From assembly GCA_029938115.1 (NCBI GenBank), contig JAPYOP010000004.1:72752-136751 (forward strand): DNA of 64,000 nucleotides, given 5' to 3'. Position numbers and translations under genes: made by a program. Source of the stretch: Colwellia sp. GTDB lineage: Bacteria; Pseudomonadota; Gammaproteobacteria; Enterobacterales; Alteromonadaceae. Of this stretch, positions 51,335 to 59,307 are shown piece after piece. The first letter of the stretch is position 1, and every line of letters begins with the position of its first letter. The notes beneath the pieces are model-generated. The model was not told the origin of the DNA. It searched no databases and was given only the letters and a program-made list of their open reading frames with translations.

Positions 51335-52009
51335 ATGCCTCAATTGTTATTTTATTTAAAAGCTTTAATGCTCGCTTACTTATATTTTTTGCTCTTTAGT
51401 TCAAATGCTGCCAATGCTAATTCATCGCTAAAATTATCTGATATTAAAGATGAGAACCTCGCGTCATGTATTTTAAAAAACGCGACGAAAATGCATTTAG
51501 AAATTGTAGAAGAGTTAACCCATTTAAAATGTCACGGCATGAACATCACTAATTTGGAAGGGCTAGAGATGTTGATAAATTTAGAGAAACTATCTCTATT
51601 CAATAACAGCCTAACTCATGCCGACCTTCGACCCTTTAAAAAACTCAAACATTTGAATGTTGCAAATAATAAGCTGGTAAACATCAATATTGTCGGTTTA
51701 TTACATTTAGAAAGTTTATACCTATTTAAAAACAAACTCGTTACGGTTGACTTTAAAGGCTTGAGTCAGCTCAAAAAAATTCGTATAACAAATAACAAGT
51801 TAAAAATACTAGATATTTCTGCACTGCTATCTCTTGAGAAAGCTTACTTTTTTGATAACAAACTTGAAGAGCTGGTTGTTGCAGGTCTGCCTAATATTAA
51901 ATTTATTGAATTAAGACAAAACCCCATGCCCGATGAGGTTTATGATAGGTACGATGCATTAGAGGGCATTACTATTATACATGATGGTAATGCCGATGAT
52001 TGGAAGTAA
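51335..52009 (+). CDS. Secreted leucine-rich-repeat (LRR) protein
   Basis: Signal peptide MPQLLFYLKALMLAYLYFLLFSSNAANA. About 7 LRRs of 22 aa (LxxLxLxxNxLxxhxhxxLxxL), for example LEKLSLFNNSLTHADLRPFKKLKHLNVANNKL. Start trimmed to ATG 51335. Confidence 0.75.
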   Translation: MPQLLFYLKALMLAYLYFLLFSSNAANANSSLKLSDIKDENLASCILKNATKMHLEIVEELTHLKCHGMNITNLEGLEMLINLEKLSLFNNSLTHADLRPFKKLKHLNVANNKLVNINIVGLLHLESLYLFKNKLVTVDFKGLSQLKKIRITNNKLKILDISALLSLEKAYFFDNKLEELVVAGLPNIKFIELRQNPMPDEVYDRYDALEGITIIHDGNADDWK

Positions 52010-52019
52010 ATCTATCGTC

Positions 52020-53279
52020 TTAAATGTTATAAGCTACCGATGCAAACCAAGTAGTTAAATCATTATTTGCTTTAGGAAAATAGTGCAAGCCATGCTTAAC
52101 ACGATAATCTGCAAAAACGAGCTTAAGCTCCCACTTTCTCGTCGCACGAAAGGCTAATTCAAAATCTAATTCTCTACCAATAACATTGCCATTTTGATAA
52201 TTTTTATAAACGTGATAAACACTCCGCCAGCGTAACTTTTTATATCGACCTTGATAGGTCAGATATTGATCTCGCAAGCCATTTTGCATACCGTAGCCGG
52301 TAAAAATATCAGCCCAACCTTGAAATTTATGATTAGTTCCTAATGGTGTGATAAAACCTTGCATATTATCTTCACTCAGTATTTCTTGGCTCAACTCAAT
52401 TCTATGACTTTTATACTGAACGCCAGCCTGTAGTAAACTATACCATGCTTGATAACTTACCTGATTATTGTCAGCATCTTGTTGTGTCGCAAATTCGACT
52501 GTATAGCGGTATTTAAATTTGTTTGGCTTAAACTCATCACTAATTCGCACACCAAATGTATTGGTGGAGAACCTTGCAAGATCATTATTTTCAAGAAAAT
52601 AACCATAACCAACGATCGAAAGATCATCTTCGGTTTTATACGCTACATTTACTAAATGTGCGTCTATACGGTGTTCACCTAGCTCATTAGCTGGACGCTT
52701 TTCAGTTAAACCATAGCGAATATCATCTTTTGGTATCGTAGCTGTGGAGTTTTGTCCGAAAATTCGATGAACTTTACTGCTATATGCATATTGTACATGC
52801 CAGTTGAGTTGATCATTATAATCAAACTTAAAAGCATCAAAACTTTGTGGTGTTTGCCAAAATTCAATTTCGCCTACAAAACGTTCATTATCAAACGCCA
52901 ACGCTTGGCGACCAAATATCAATTGCCAATTATCATCACTATCATATTGAAGATTGATTTTACTCCAATTAAAACCTTTTGGATCAGGAATAGCCGATGT
53001 CGCTTTTTTCACCGTAACTGAATTATAATCACCATCATTAAAAGCATAGACATAATTAGGCTCTAACAATAATTGCCATTGCTCGTTTTTATCCAAAGTG
53101 AAATTAGAGGTTAGCTTTACTCGTGTAGTAAATGCATGAGCATCCCCTAGCCAATTATCATTAACTTGCTGAAAACGAGTACGCATACCTAACTCATACT
53201 CACCGGGAATTTCCACCGCTAAAACATTATTTAAACAAGCAAAACTAACTAATAACGAAACAAAAACGGTATAAGCCAT
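52020..53279 (-). CDS. Alginate-export-family-like outer-membrane beta-barrel
   Basis: Signal peptide MAYTVFVSLLVSFACLNNVLA. The block WQLIFGRQALAFDNERFVGEIEFWQTPQSFDAFKFDY resembles the AlgE/alginate-export family core. Alternating beta pattern, C-terminal ...FASVAYNI. Start trimmed to ATG 53279 to remove the overlap with the anti-sigma gene. Confidence 0.65.
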   Translation of the reverse strand: MAYTVFVSLLVSFACLNNVLAVEIPGEYELGMRTRFQQVNDNWLGDAHAFTTRVKLTSNFTLDKNEQWQLLLEPNYVYAFNDGDYNSVTVKKATSAIPDPKGFNWSKINLQYDSDDNWQLIFGRQALAFDNERFVGEIEFWQTPQSFDAFKFDYNDQLNWHVQYAYSSKVHRIFGQNSTATIPKDDIRYGLTEKRPANELGEHRIDAHLVNVAYKTEDDLSIVGYGYFLENNDLARFSTNTFGVRISDEFKPNKFKYRYTVEFATQQDADNNQVSYQAWYSLLQAGVQYKSHRIELSQEILSEDNMQGFITPLGTNHKFQGWADIFTGYGMQNGLRDQYLTYQGRYKKLRWRSVYHVYKNYQNGNVIGRELDFELAFRATRKWELKLVFADYRVKHGLHYFPKANNDLTTWFASVAYNI

Positions 53280-53334
53280 TCTCTTCAAAGTTAAATCAGC
53301 TCGGGCATTACAGTCATTCTTAAGCGCATAAAAA

Positions 53335-54174
53335 TCAAACATCGTTTTTCCACTCTTGTAAACGCACACATAGACCACGAGAAACTATTAGACTACTGGG
53401 TTCACCGATGGCAGAGCCACCAAGCTCTTCAATAGTAACAATTAAAGACTCTGAGTCTTTTATTAAGCGCCATTGTGCGTTTGTTAATTGCTGTTCAATA
53501 AGTTTTTTACCGATAGAAATAACCCCTAAGCTTCTAGCTTCAGAGTCTGATTTAGACACGACCCACAACTCTAAAGACTGATCCTCATCAATCGTAGGGA
53601 TACCGACAACATTAACGATTAGTTTTTTCGATTCGCCATAGGTAGTTGCAACTAAATGTGCTTTACCGTCTGGTTCGGTCAATACTGCCACATAACTAAG
53701 TGGATCATTATTCTGCTCAAAAGGCTTGGTTATAAGTAACACCGATACGGCTAACATCGCAAATGAAAAAACACTGACATAGCGTATTGCCGGTCTCGTT
53801 AGCCATGACTTAAGCAATGAACTAAAAAAGTGAATTAAACCGGCTTCATTACTGGAATGTGACTCTATTTTAGTTGCCACCGTTTTTGATTTTTCAGTTA
53901 TTTCAATCGCATTTGCGATATTTTGCCAAACCTGTTCACTAGGAGGGAGTTCCTTGGTTTGTTGATCAAGAGGAACAAATCGTGTTTGCCAATACTCAAT
54001 ACGCTGAGCTAAGGCCTCGTTATAAACAGCCTGCTTCTCAACGCATTGATGAACATGGCGTGTTAAAGTCCCAAGCACATATTGGCTCGCTAAATGCCCA
54101 ATTATTTGGACGTTCTTATAACGTTCAGGTATTTTTGATGAAAATAGCGCATGAGAAGTTAATTGTTCAGACAT
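53335..54174 (-). CDS. Anti-sigma factor, RskA-type (single TM, periplasmic RskA-like domain)
   Basis: N-terminal sigma-binding region (LASQYVLGTL...), TM helix VSVFSFAMLAVSVLLI, and C-terminus LELWVVSKSDSEARSLGVI...LIVTIEELGGSAIGEPSS typical of RskA domains. Overlaps the sigma gene by 16 nt. Confidence 0.75.
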   Translation of the reverse strand: MSEQLTSHALFSSKIPERYKNVQIIGHLASQYVLGTLTRHVHQCVEKQAVYNEALAQRIEYWQTRFVPLDQQTKELPPSEQVWQNIANAIEITEKSKTVATKIESHSSNEAGLIHFFSSLLKSWLTRPAIRYVSVFSFAMLAVSVLLITKPFEQNNDPLSYVAVLTEPDGKAHLVATTYGESKKLIVNVVGIPTIDEDQSLELWVVSKSDSEARSLGVISIGKKLIEQQLTNAQWRLIKDSESLIVTIEELGGSAIGEPSSLIVSRGLCVRLQEWKNDV

Positions 54175-54788
54175 AACTGTAACCTCCCTAAGCCACGACG
54201 GATCCAAGATTTTATGGTATTAATCGGCGTATCAAAATAGTGAGCAATGTCCTCACGGCTGTAACCGTATAAATAAGCCATTAAAATACTTTGACTTTGT
54301 TTTTGCTCAAGTTTTGCTAAACAGTTATTTAGCAGTTGTTCACTGTGTTTATCTAAGCCCACTTGTGCAGAGTATTGGTTTATATTCTCTAACTGTTGCG
54401 GTGTTAATTCCATCTCATTAAATTGCACCATATCCTTTTGGTGCCGCCTTTGGTCATAGCGCAATCGATCATAAGCGCGATAGCGAACAATTGAGGCTAA
54501 CCAAGTGAATACTTCACTTTTATCAATATTATAACTGTCGCAATTTTGCCAAACCTGTATAAAAGCTTCCTGTAACACTTCGTTAGCACTATCAACATGA
54601 CGAGTAATACGATAGGCAATACCATTGAGACGAGCCGCAGTTAGTTGATAAAGTTCATTAAAAGCTTGTTTGTCACCTTGTTGGCATAATTGAAATAAAC
54701 ACGCTAATTTATCACCATCGTAACGACTTTTCTCTTTTACTTTGGTATTTTGCTCAGTCAATGTGATTTTTCCTTGTTGGTTTATCAT
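54159..54788 (-). CDS. ECF (group IV sigma-70) RNA polymerase sigma factor
   Basis: Region 2 (AFNELYQLTAARLNGIAYRITRHVDSANEVLQEAFIQVWQN...FTWLASIVRYRAYDRLR) and region 4 (ILMAYLYGYSREDIAHYFDTPINTIKSWIRRGL). Confidence 0.9.
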   Translation of the reverse strand: MINQQGKITLTEQNTKVKEKSRYDGDKLACLFQLCQQGDKQAFNELYQLTAARLNGIAYRITRHVDSANEVLQEAFIQVWQNCDSYNIDKSEVFTWLASIVRYRAYDRLRYDQRRHQKDMVQFNEMELTPQQLENINQYSAQVGLDKHSEQLLNNCLAKLEQKQSQSILMAYLYGYSREDIAHYFDTPINTIKSWIRRGLGRLQLCLNN

Positions 54789-54857
54789 CTTGATAAAATG
54801 AAAGTTTCATATATTTCAACCTAGTAAATCATAGGCTGGTCACAATTAAAAAGACAG

Positions 54858-55982
54858 TTAAAAATAAAAGTGGCTTTGTAAAAAGATGACGTCATAGTTT
54901 TGTTCTGGCATTTGGGGGATATCTTGCTTAACTCTAATGCCTAAACGCAGTTGAATATTTGAGAATGGCGTATACTCTGTAATAAAAGAATATCGTGTTT
55001 GTTCATTTTCGTCGACGTCATTATCAGGGTCAAAATACTCGGCGGTTAATTTAAAGTTCCAACCTTTTCGCCACTGATAATTCATTTCAATTAAACCTAC
55101 CTGTTGACTAATGTCTTGTTTAGTAAAAGTATTAGCTGCTTCTAAATTGATATAGTCTACTTCGGCTAACAATCCAATATTCCGCCATTGAGTCCCTGCA
55201 AACACATTAAACATTTTCGTTTGGTGGTCGCCGTCATTTAGCATTGCACTAGCACCTAATCTGAAATGTGGAAACAGATGTTCTATTCGAGTACCGTATA
55301 ACAAACTATCGTCGTCATTAGTCGCTTGACTCGTGCCGTTAGCCAAGTAAAGGTTTACGGTGGTTTTTCCAAAATTAACGCCATACTCAATGCCATTGTC
55401 GCTATTATCAAAGTTCATACCGGTGACTTGACGAATGAAAGCACTGTCATCTTCAATGCGTAATCCATATGGAATAAATAATTTTCCTGCTTTTAAATAG
55501 CTTGCTTGTAATGATGAATTTTCAGCAAAGTTATACATAACAAAAGCTTCACGGTTAATGGCACTTCCGGGGGCTACTTGTTCATCAACATAAAAAGATA
55601 AGCCTGTTTCAGGGATGCTAAAATGTAAGTAAATCTGCGCACTTTCCGTTGAAAAGCCTTTGCTAGTGTCGTTAGTTTCGGCTTCACTTTTTTGATAACT
55701 CGCGTTAAAACGAGCATCAGTGCCAATGGTTAAGAATTGTGTTAATTTAGCTATTGTTTTACTATCAAATTGATAAGTTTTGCGGGGTAATACTGTTTGT
55801 CCGTAATTTCTACCAAAATCATTTCGCAAACCACCGCCAATAGGGTTCACGTGGCATGCGCTGCATGCAAGGTTATTTTTAATGGCTAAATACGGCTCGG
55901 CTTGTGCTGCAATGCTAAAAGCAAATGCGATGACTGACGATAATATTATTACTGCGGTTATTCGTTTATAAAGAAAATTCAT
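54858..55982 (-). CDS. Outer-membrane beta-barrel protein with N-terminal CxxCH motif (candidate fused monoheme cytochrome-porin)
   Basis: Signal peptide MNFLYKRITAVIILSSVIAFAFSIAAQA. CSACH at mature residues 12-16 (nt 55851-55865). Then about 340 aa with an alternating amphipathic pattern, ending in the aromatic ...LQSHFYF. Start trimmed to ATG 55982, which overlaps the upstream stop by 17 nt. Confidence 0.6.
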   Translation of the reverse strand: MNFLYKRITAVIILSSVIAFAFSIAAQAEPYLAIKNNLACSACHVNPIGGGLRNDFGRNYGQTVLPRKTYQFDSKTIAKLTQFLTIGTDARFNASYQKSEAETNDTSKGFSTESAQIYLHFSIPETGLSFYVDEQVAPGSAINREAFVMYNFAENSSLQASYLKAGKLFIPYGLRIEDDSAFIRQVTGMNFDNSDNGIEYGVNFGKTTVNLYLANGTSQATNDDDSLLYGTRIEHLFPHFRLGASAMLNDGDHQTKMFNVFAGTQWRNIGLLAEVDYINLEAANTFTKQDISQQVGLIEMNYQWRKGWNFKLTAEYFDPDNDVDENEQTRYSFITEYTPFSNIQLRLGIRVKQDIPQMPEQNYDVIFLQSHFYF

Positions 55983-56862
55983 AATAAAATACTCCTCCTT
56001 CAATGCCATTATTATCACCATCTATAATTTGCCCTTGTTGAGTAACCATAGTTGCGATACTGCTTTCATTTAACCGAATCATTAACTTGGTAATGTCGCG
56101 ATCTAACCCCTGCACACTCACTTGTATGCTCTGGTCGTTAATAACATGAATTGAAACTTGCTCATTAGAAACCAACGTCGAATAAACCGATGATAGGGAA
56201 CCTTTAAAACTGTTAACAAGTATTTGATCATTAGTTAAGTTGGCGAAATTCATTGCTTTGTTAAACCAAAAAACTATCGTTATTGCGTTTTTTTCTCGCC
56301 ATATATAATCATTTTGACTCATAAAGTCGGCAACATTTTCTTCTGATACATTCTCTTTAAACTTTACTATAGTGACTACTGCTCGGTTGATTTTTGCCAT
56401 GTTTGCAGTGTTTTGTGGGATCACCGCTCCTTCATCTATCCATTGTTTAATTGCGGAAATAGTTTGCTCATCAAGTGCAGACTGCCCCAATGGCATACGA
56501 GCACCTGCCCGGTTATCACCTGTGATTTTGAGGTATAGATAGCTTTCTTGAGCAGAGCCGGGCAAAACTCGTTTAAATAACGAATTTGAAGAGTCTACGT
56601 TTATTAAGTTATCAATTGAACTTTCAAGTGATGACAAATCTTGTCCTGCTGCTGGGTTAGCTCCTCCATGACAAACAGAACAAATAGGTGTAAATACGTG
56701 ATCTTGAATTGATGGTAACGTTGCTTGAATGCCGTCTTCCACCAGCGGTACTTCGGTTATTTCATCAAGAGGGCGGCCTTGTTCATCTAACCCATCACCA
56801 CTTCCTGCGTTACAACCAGAAAAAAGTAGTAAACAAATAGCTAAAGATAATGGAAGTTTCAT
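55966..56862 (-). CDS. Lipoprotein with PSCyt1-like c-type cytochrome domain + Ig-like C-terminal domain
   Basis: Lipobox LLFSGC. HVFTPICSVCHGG...RVLPGSAQESYLYLKI...MPLGQSALDEQTISAIKQWIDEGA follows the pattern of the planctomycete-type cytochrome c domain (CxxCH at nt 56668-56682). The C-terminus ...IIDGDNNGIEGGVFYYEFSL resembles bacterial Ig-like domains. Start trimmed to ATG 56862. Confidence 0.65.
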   Translation of the reverse strand: MKLPLSLAICLLLFSGCNAGSGDGLDEQGRPLDEITEVPLVEDGIQATLPSIQDHVFTPICSVCHGGANPAAGQDLSSLESSIDNLINVDSSNSLFKRVLPGSAQESYLYLKITGDNRAGARMPLGQSALDEQTISAIKQWIDEGAVIPQNTANMAKINRAVVTIVKFKENVSEENVADFMSQNDYIWREKNAITIVFWFNKAMNFANLTNDQILVNSFKGSLSSVYSTLVSNEQVSIHVINDQSIQVSVQGLDRDITKLMIRLNESSIATMVTQQGQIIDGDNNGIEGGVFYYEFSL

Positions 56863-56932
56863 AGCACATCTCGTTTTCATTAATACATGAAAACCCAACA
56901 CTAGATAATATTAGTGTTGAGTTTGGTCGACG

Positions 56933-58933
56933 CTACGGGCGAGCAATTGTCCAACTAGGGTAATCTCCAGTCGTATCACCAATTTCACTGTCACCTATAT
57001 AGAAATACAATGGTAAGCCTTGATAAGACCATTGATAGGTTGTTGTATCATTTTCTGCACGAGAAATAATGGTATAATCACCAAAGGCTTGCTCTGGAGA
57101 TATTGCATAAATCGGTGGCCATAAGGCCGCACAACTATCAAAACAAACACTAACACCTGAATCTTTCACATCTGAATCAAAAGTGTATAAAGTTAACCCT
57201 TTAAGTTCCTCGGCTGTTTTACCAATACTGTCAAGTACATCGCCATGAGCCACCAGTAACGGCCCCTCAGTTTCATGATCATCAACTTTAATTGGTGCCG
57301 GTCGTGCAACATGCCAAATTGAATTTACATTTTCACCCTTGATATCATCAGCAGTTTCATCTGGCGTGAAAAAATATAACGCCATATCATTTATTGCCCA
57401 CTGCTTGCTACCATTACTGCGGGTAATGATTGAAAATGGCGCAGTTGCTACATCAGTTTTATCGGCAATTAAGGGTGGCCAAGCAGCTAAACAGTCACCT
57501 TCACAAAGACTGACACCCGCCGTGTCGTTATCAAAGGTATAAAGTGCAAAGCCAGTTTTATTAGCGATTGAATCAACAAATTCGTTAGTATTCTCATCGC
57601 GTATTAAGGTATGAACAGCACCTTCTAAGGTTAACGTAGCCCCTAATATATTGATTTCCTGTTTTAATACCGTGTTAACAGGGGTGATTAAATGCCAAAT
57701 ACCATTGATCCCATCACCATTGATTTCTCCTCTGGCAAAGTCGCTTTTAAAGAAATAAAGTGGCATGTCTTGAAAAGCCCACTGCTTAGTTCCGTCGTTT
57801 CGGCTAATTAGACTAAATTCCCCAATGGCAACATCTTCCTCATTTGGTACAAATGCAGGCCAAATATCTAAACAAGCATCAATACAGTTTGATGTGCCCG
57901 TTGTATCGTTATCAAATACGTATAAGCTAAAACCATCTTTATCCATGGTTGTAACGGTATTGGCTAAGGCCGACACATTAACCATGCCCGTTGCTGATAA
58001 TGAACGGCCATTGGCTGTGGTGCGTTGTATAGCGGGCTCTTGTGTGGCTATATGCCAGATATCATTGACTTCATCACCGTTCACATCTCCTGCGGCATTA
58101 TCATTTACAAAGAAATATAAAGGTTTGCCTTTATATGCCCACTGCATATTGCCGTTACTCACCTCAATAATACTTAAAGGTGGCATTGCCATAGCGCCAG
58201 TATCAGCAAGCAGAGGTGGCCAAATATTGATACAATCACCTGCACAGGCAGTATCATTTAACGGATCGTTATCAAAGCTATAGAGGGCAAAGCCCGCCTT
58301 ATCCCTACGCATTTGAGACAAGACTCCTGAACTATCACTAACCGTAAGAATAGTTTCGTTACCGATATAGCTATTCACACCTGAGAGATTAGCTGACATT
58401 AATGGCGTAGGGCGTGCAAGGTGCCAAACATTGTTAATACCATCTCCGCCAATATCTCCCTGAGCAGAGTCTAGATACCAGTGGTACAAAGGCTGGCCTT
58501 TATAAGCCCATTGCATATCACCCTCACCGCGAGCAACTATGGTCATTAATTCGTCTATTTCAGCTCCCTCTCCAGCAAGTAGTGGCGGCCACCGGCCAGC
58601 ACAGGTATCAGTATCATCTGGCGTACCTTCACAACTTGAAGAATTTATTTCGTCATTATCGAAGGTATACAAAGACAAGCCAGATTCAGCAATAATTAAT
58701 GAACCATTGTTATTTACAACCGTTACATTTGGCTTAGAGATCTGGCTTGGAAAGACTGCTGTCGGCGTAGACGGTGGTGGATCAATATAAGGATCATCAT
58801 TCGTTGATGAAGAGGATCCACCGCCACCTCCTCCACAAGCAGAAAGTACAACAACGGCAACACTAGAAATTAAAATGTATTTTGTATAATTGATTAAGGT
58901 AATAATGAGTTTACTTTTTATTTGCTTATGCAT
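56933..58933 (-). CDS. Large lipoprotein with 10 COG4315 / PF03640-type repeats (5 tandem double modules)
   Basis: Lipobox VLSAC followed by GGGGGGSSSS. There are five modules. Each has a repeat G(F/L)xLYxFDxD...C..(C)...WPP(L/I) followed by a repeat (Q)W(A/S)(Y/F/I)...PLY(F/H)(F/W/Y)..D...GD..G......W(H/T)(L/I/V)A. This is the Yx(FWY)xxD lipoprotein motif. Start uncertain: ATG 58933, 58963 or 59008. Confidence 0.75.
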   Translation of the reverse strand: MHKQIKSKLIITLINYTKYILISSVAVVVLSACGGGGGGSSSSTNDDPYIDPPPSTPTAVFPSQISKPNVTVVNNNGSLIIAESGLSLYTFDNDEINSSSCEGTPDDTDTCAGRWPPLLAGEGAEIDELMTIVARGEGDMQWAYKGQPLYHWYLDSAQGDIGGDGINNVWHLARPTPLMSANLSGVNSYIGNETILTVSDSSGVLSQMRRDKAGFALYSFDNDPLNDTACAGDCINIWPPLLADTGAMAMPPLSIIEVSNGNMQWAYKGKPLYFFVNDNAAGDVNGDEVNDIWHIATQEPAIQRTTANGRSLSATGMVNVSALANTVTTMDKDGFSLYVFDNDTTGTSNCIDACLDIWPAFVPNEEDVAIGEFSLISRNDGTKQWAFQDMPLYFFKSDFARGEINGDGINGIWHLITPVNTVLKQEINILGATLTLEGAVHTLIRDENTNEFVDSIANKTGFALYTFDNDTAGVSLCEGDCLAAWPPLIADKTDVATAPFSIITRSNGSKQWAINDMALYFFTPDETADDIKGENVNSIWHVARPAPIKVDDHETEGPLLVAHGDVLDSIGKTAEELKGLTLYTFDSDVKDSGVSVCFDSCAALWPPIYAISPEQAFGDYTIISRAENDTTTYQWSYQGLPLYFYIGDSEIGDTTGDYPSWTIARP

Positions 58934-58971
58934 GATCATAATCCATCCAATTTTAGGTTTCATATAAGCAA

Positions 58972-58996
58972 TACGCCGCAAAAAAAATAAAGTTGC
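58972..58996 (-). promoter_or_regulatory. Candidate ECF-type promoter (AAC-N16-CGTA) upstream of the lipoprotein operon
   Basis: The minus strand reads gtgcAAC-tttattttttttgcgg-CGTAt, with exactly 16 nt between AAC and CGT. This matches the minimal ECF -35/-10 signature. It lies 39 nt upstream of ATG 58933. Pattern match only. Confidence 0.3.
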
Positions 58997-59022
58997 ACTA
59001 ATGTTCATTTATAAATAAAAAT

Positions 59023-59294
59023 ATGAATAAAAGTGAATTGGTAGGAAAATCGCTGAAGGGGCAGATATATCAAAAGCTTCTGATATTCGGGCGTTAGATA
59101 GTTTGATTGGCTCTATCACTGAAGAATTATCTAATGGAGGTGAAGTTGCATTAGTGGGTTTTGGTACTTACAAAGTTAATGAACGTGCTGCTCGTAAGGT
59201 TCGTAATCTTCATACAGGTGCGGGAATTCAAATCGCTGCTGCAAAAGTAGCTGCTGTTAACGGTGAGTTATTTAGGTCAAAAATGCCCTGCTGA
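59023..59294 (+). pseudogene. HU-family DNA-binding protein gene, frameshifted
   Basis: ATG 59023 gives MNKSELVGK and then runs out of frame to TAG 59095-59097. Adding one A to the a4 run at 59046-59049 restores [58 protein letters not shown]..., which joins the track ORF 59103-59294. The conserved RNP motif reads RNL, and the C-terminal tail departs from the HU pattern. Confidence 0.7.
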
Positions 59295-59307
59295 TACATG
59301 GTATAAA

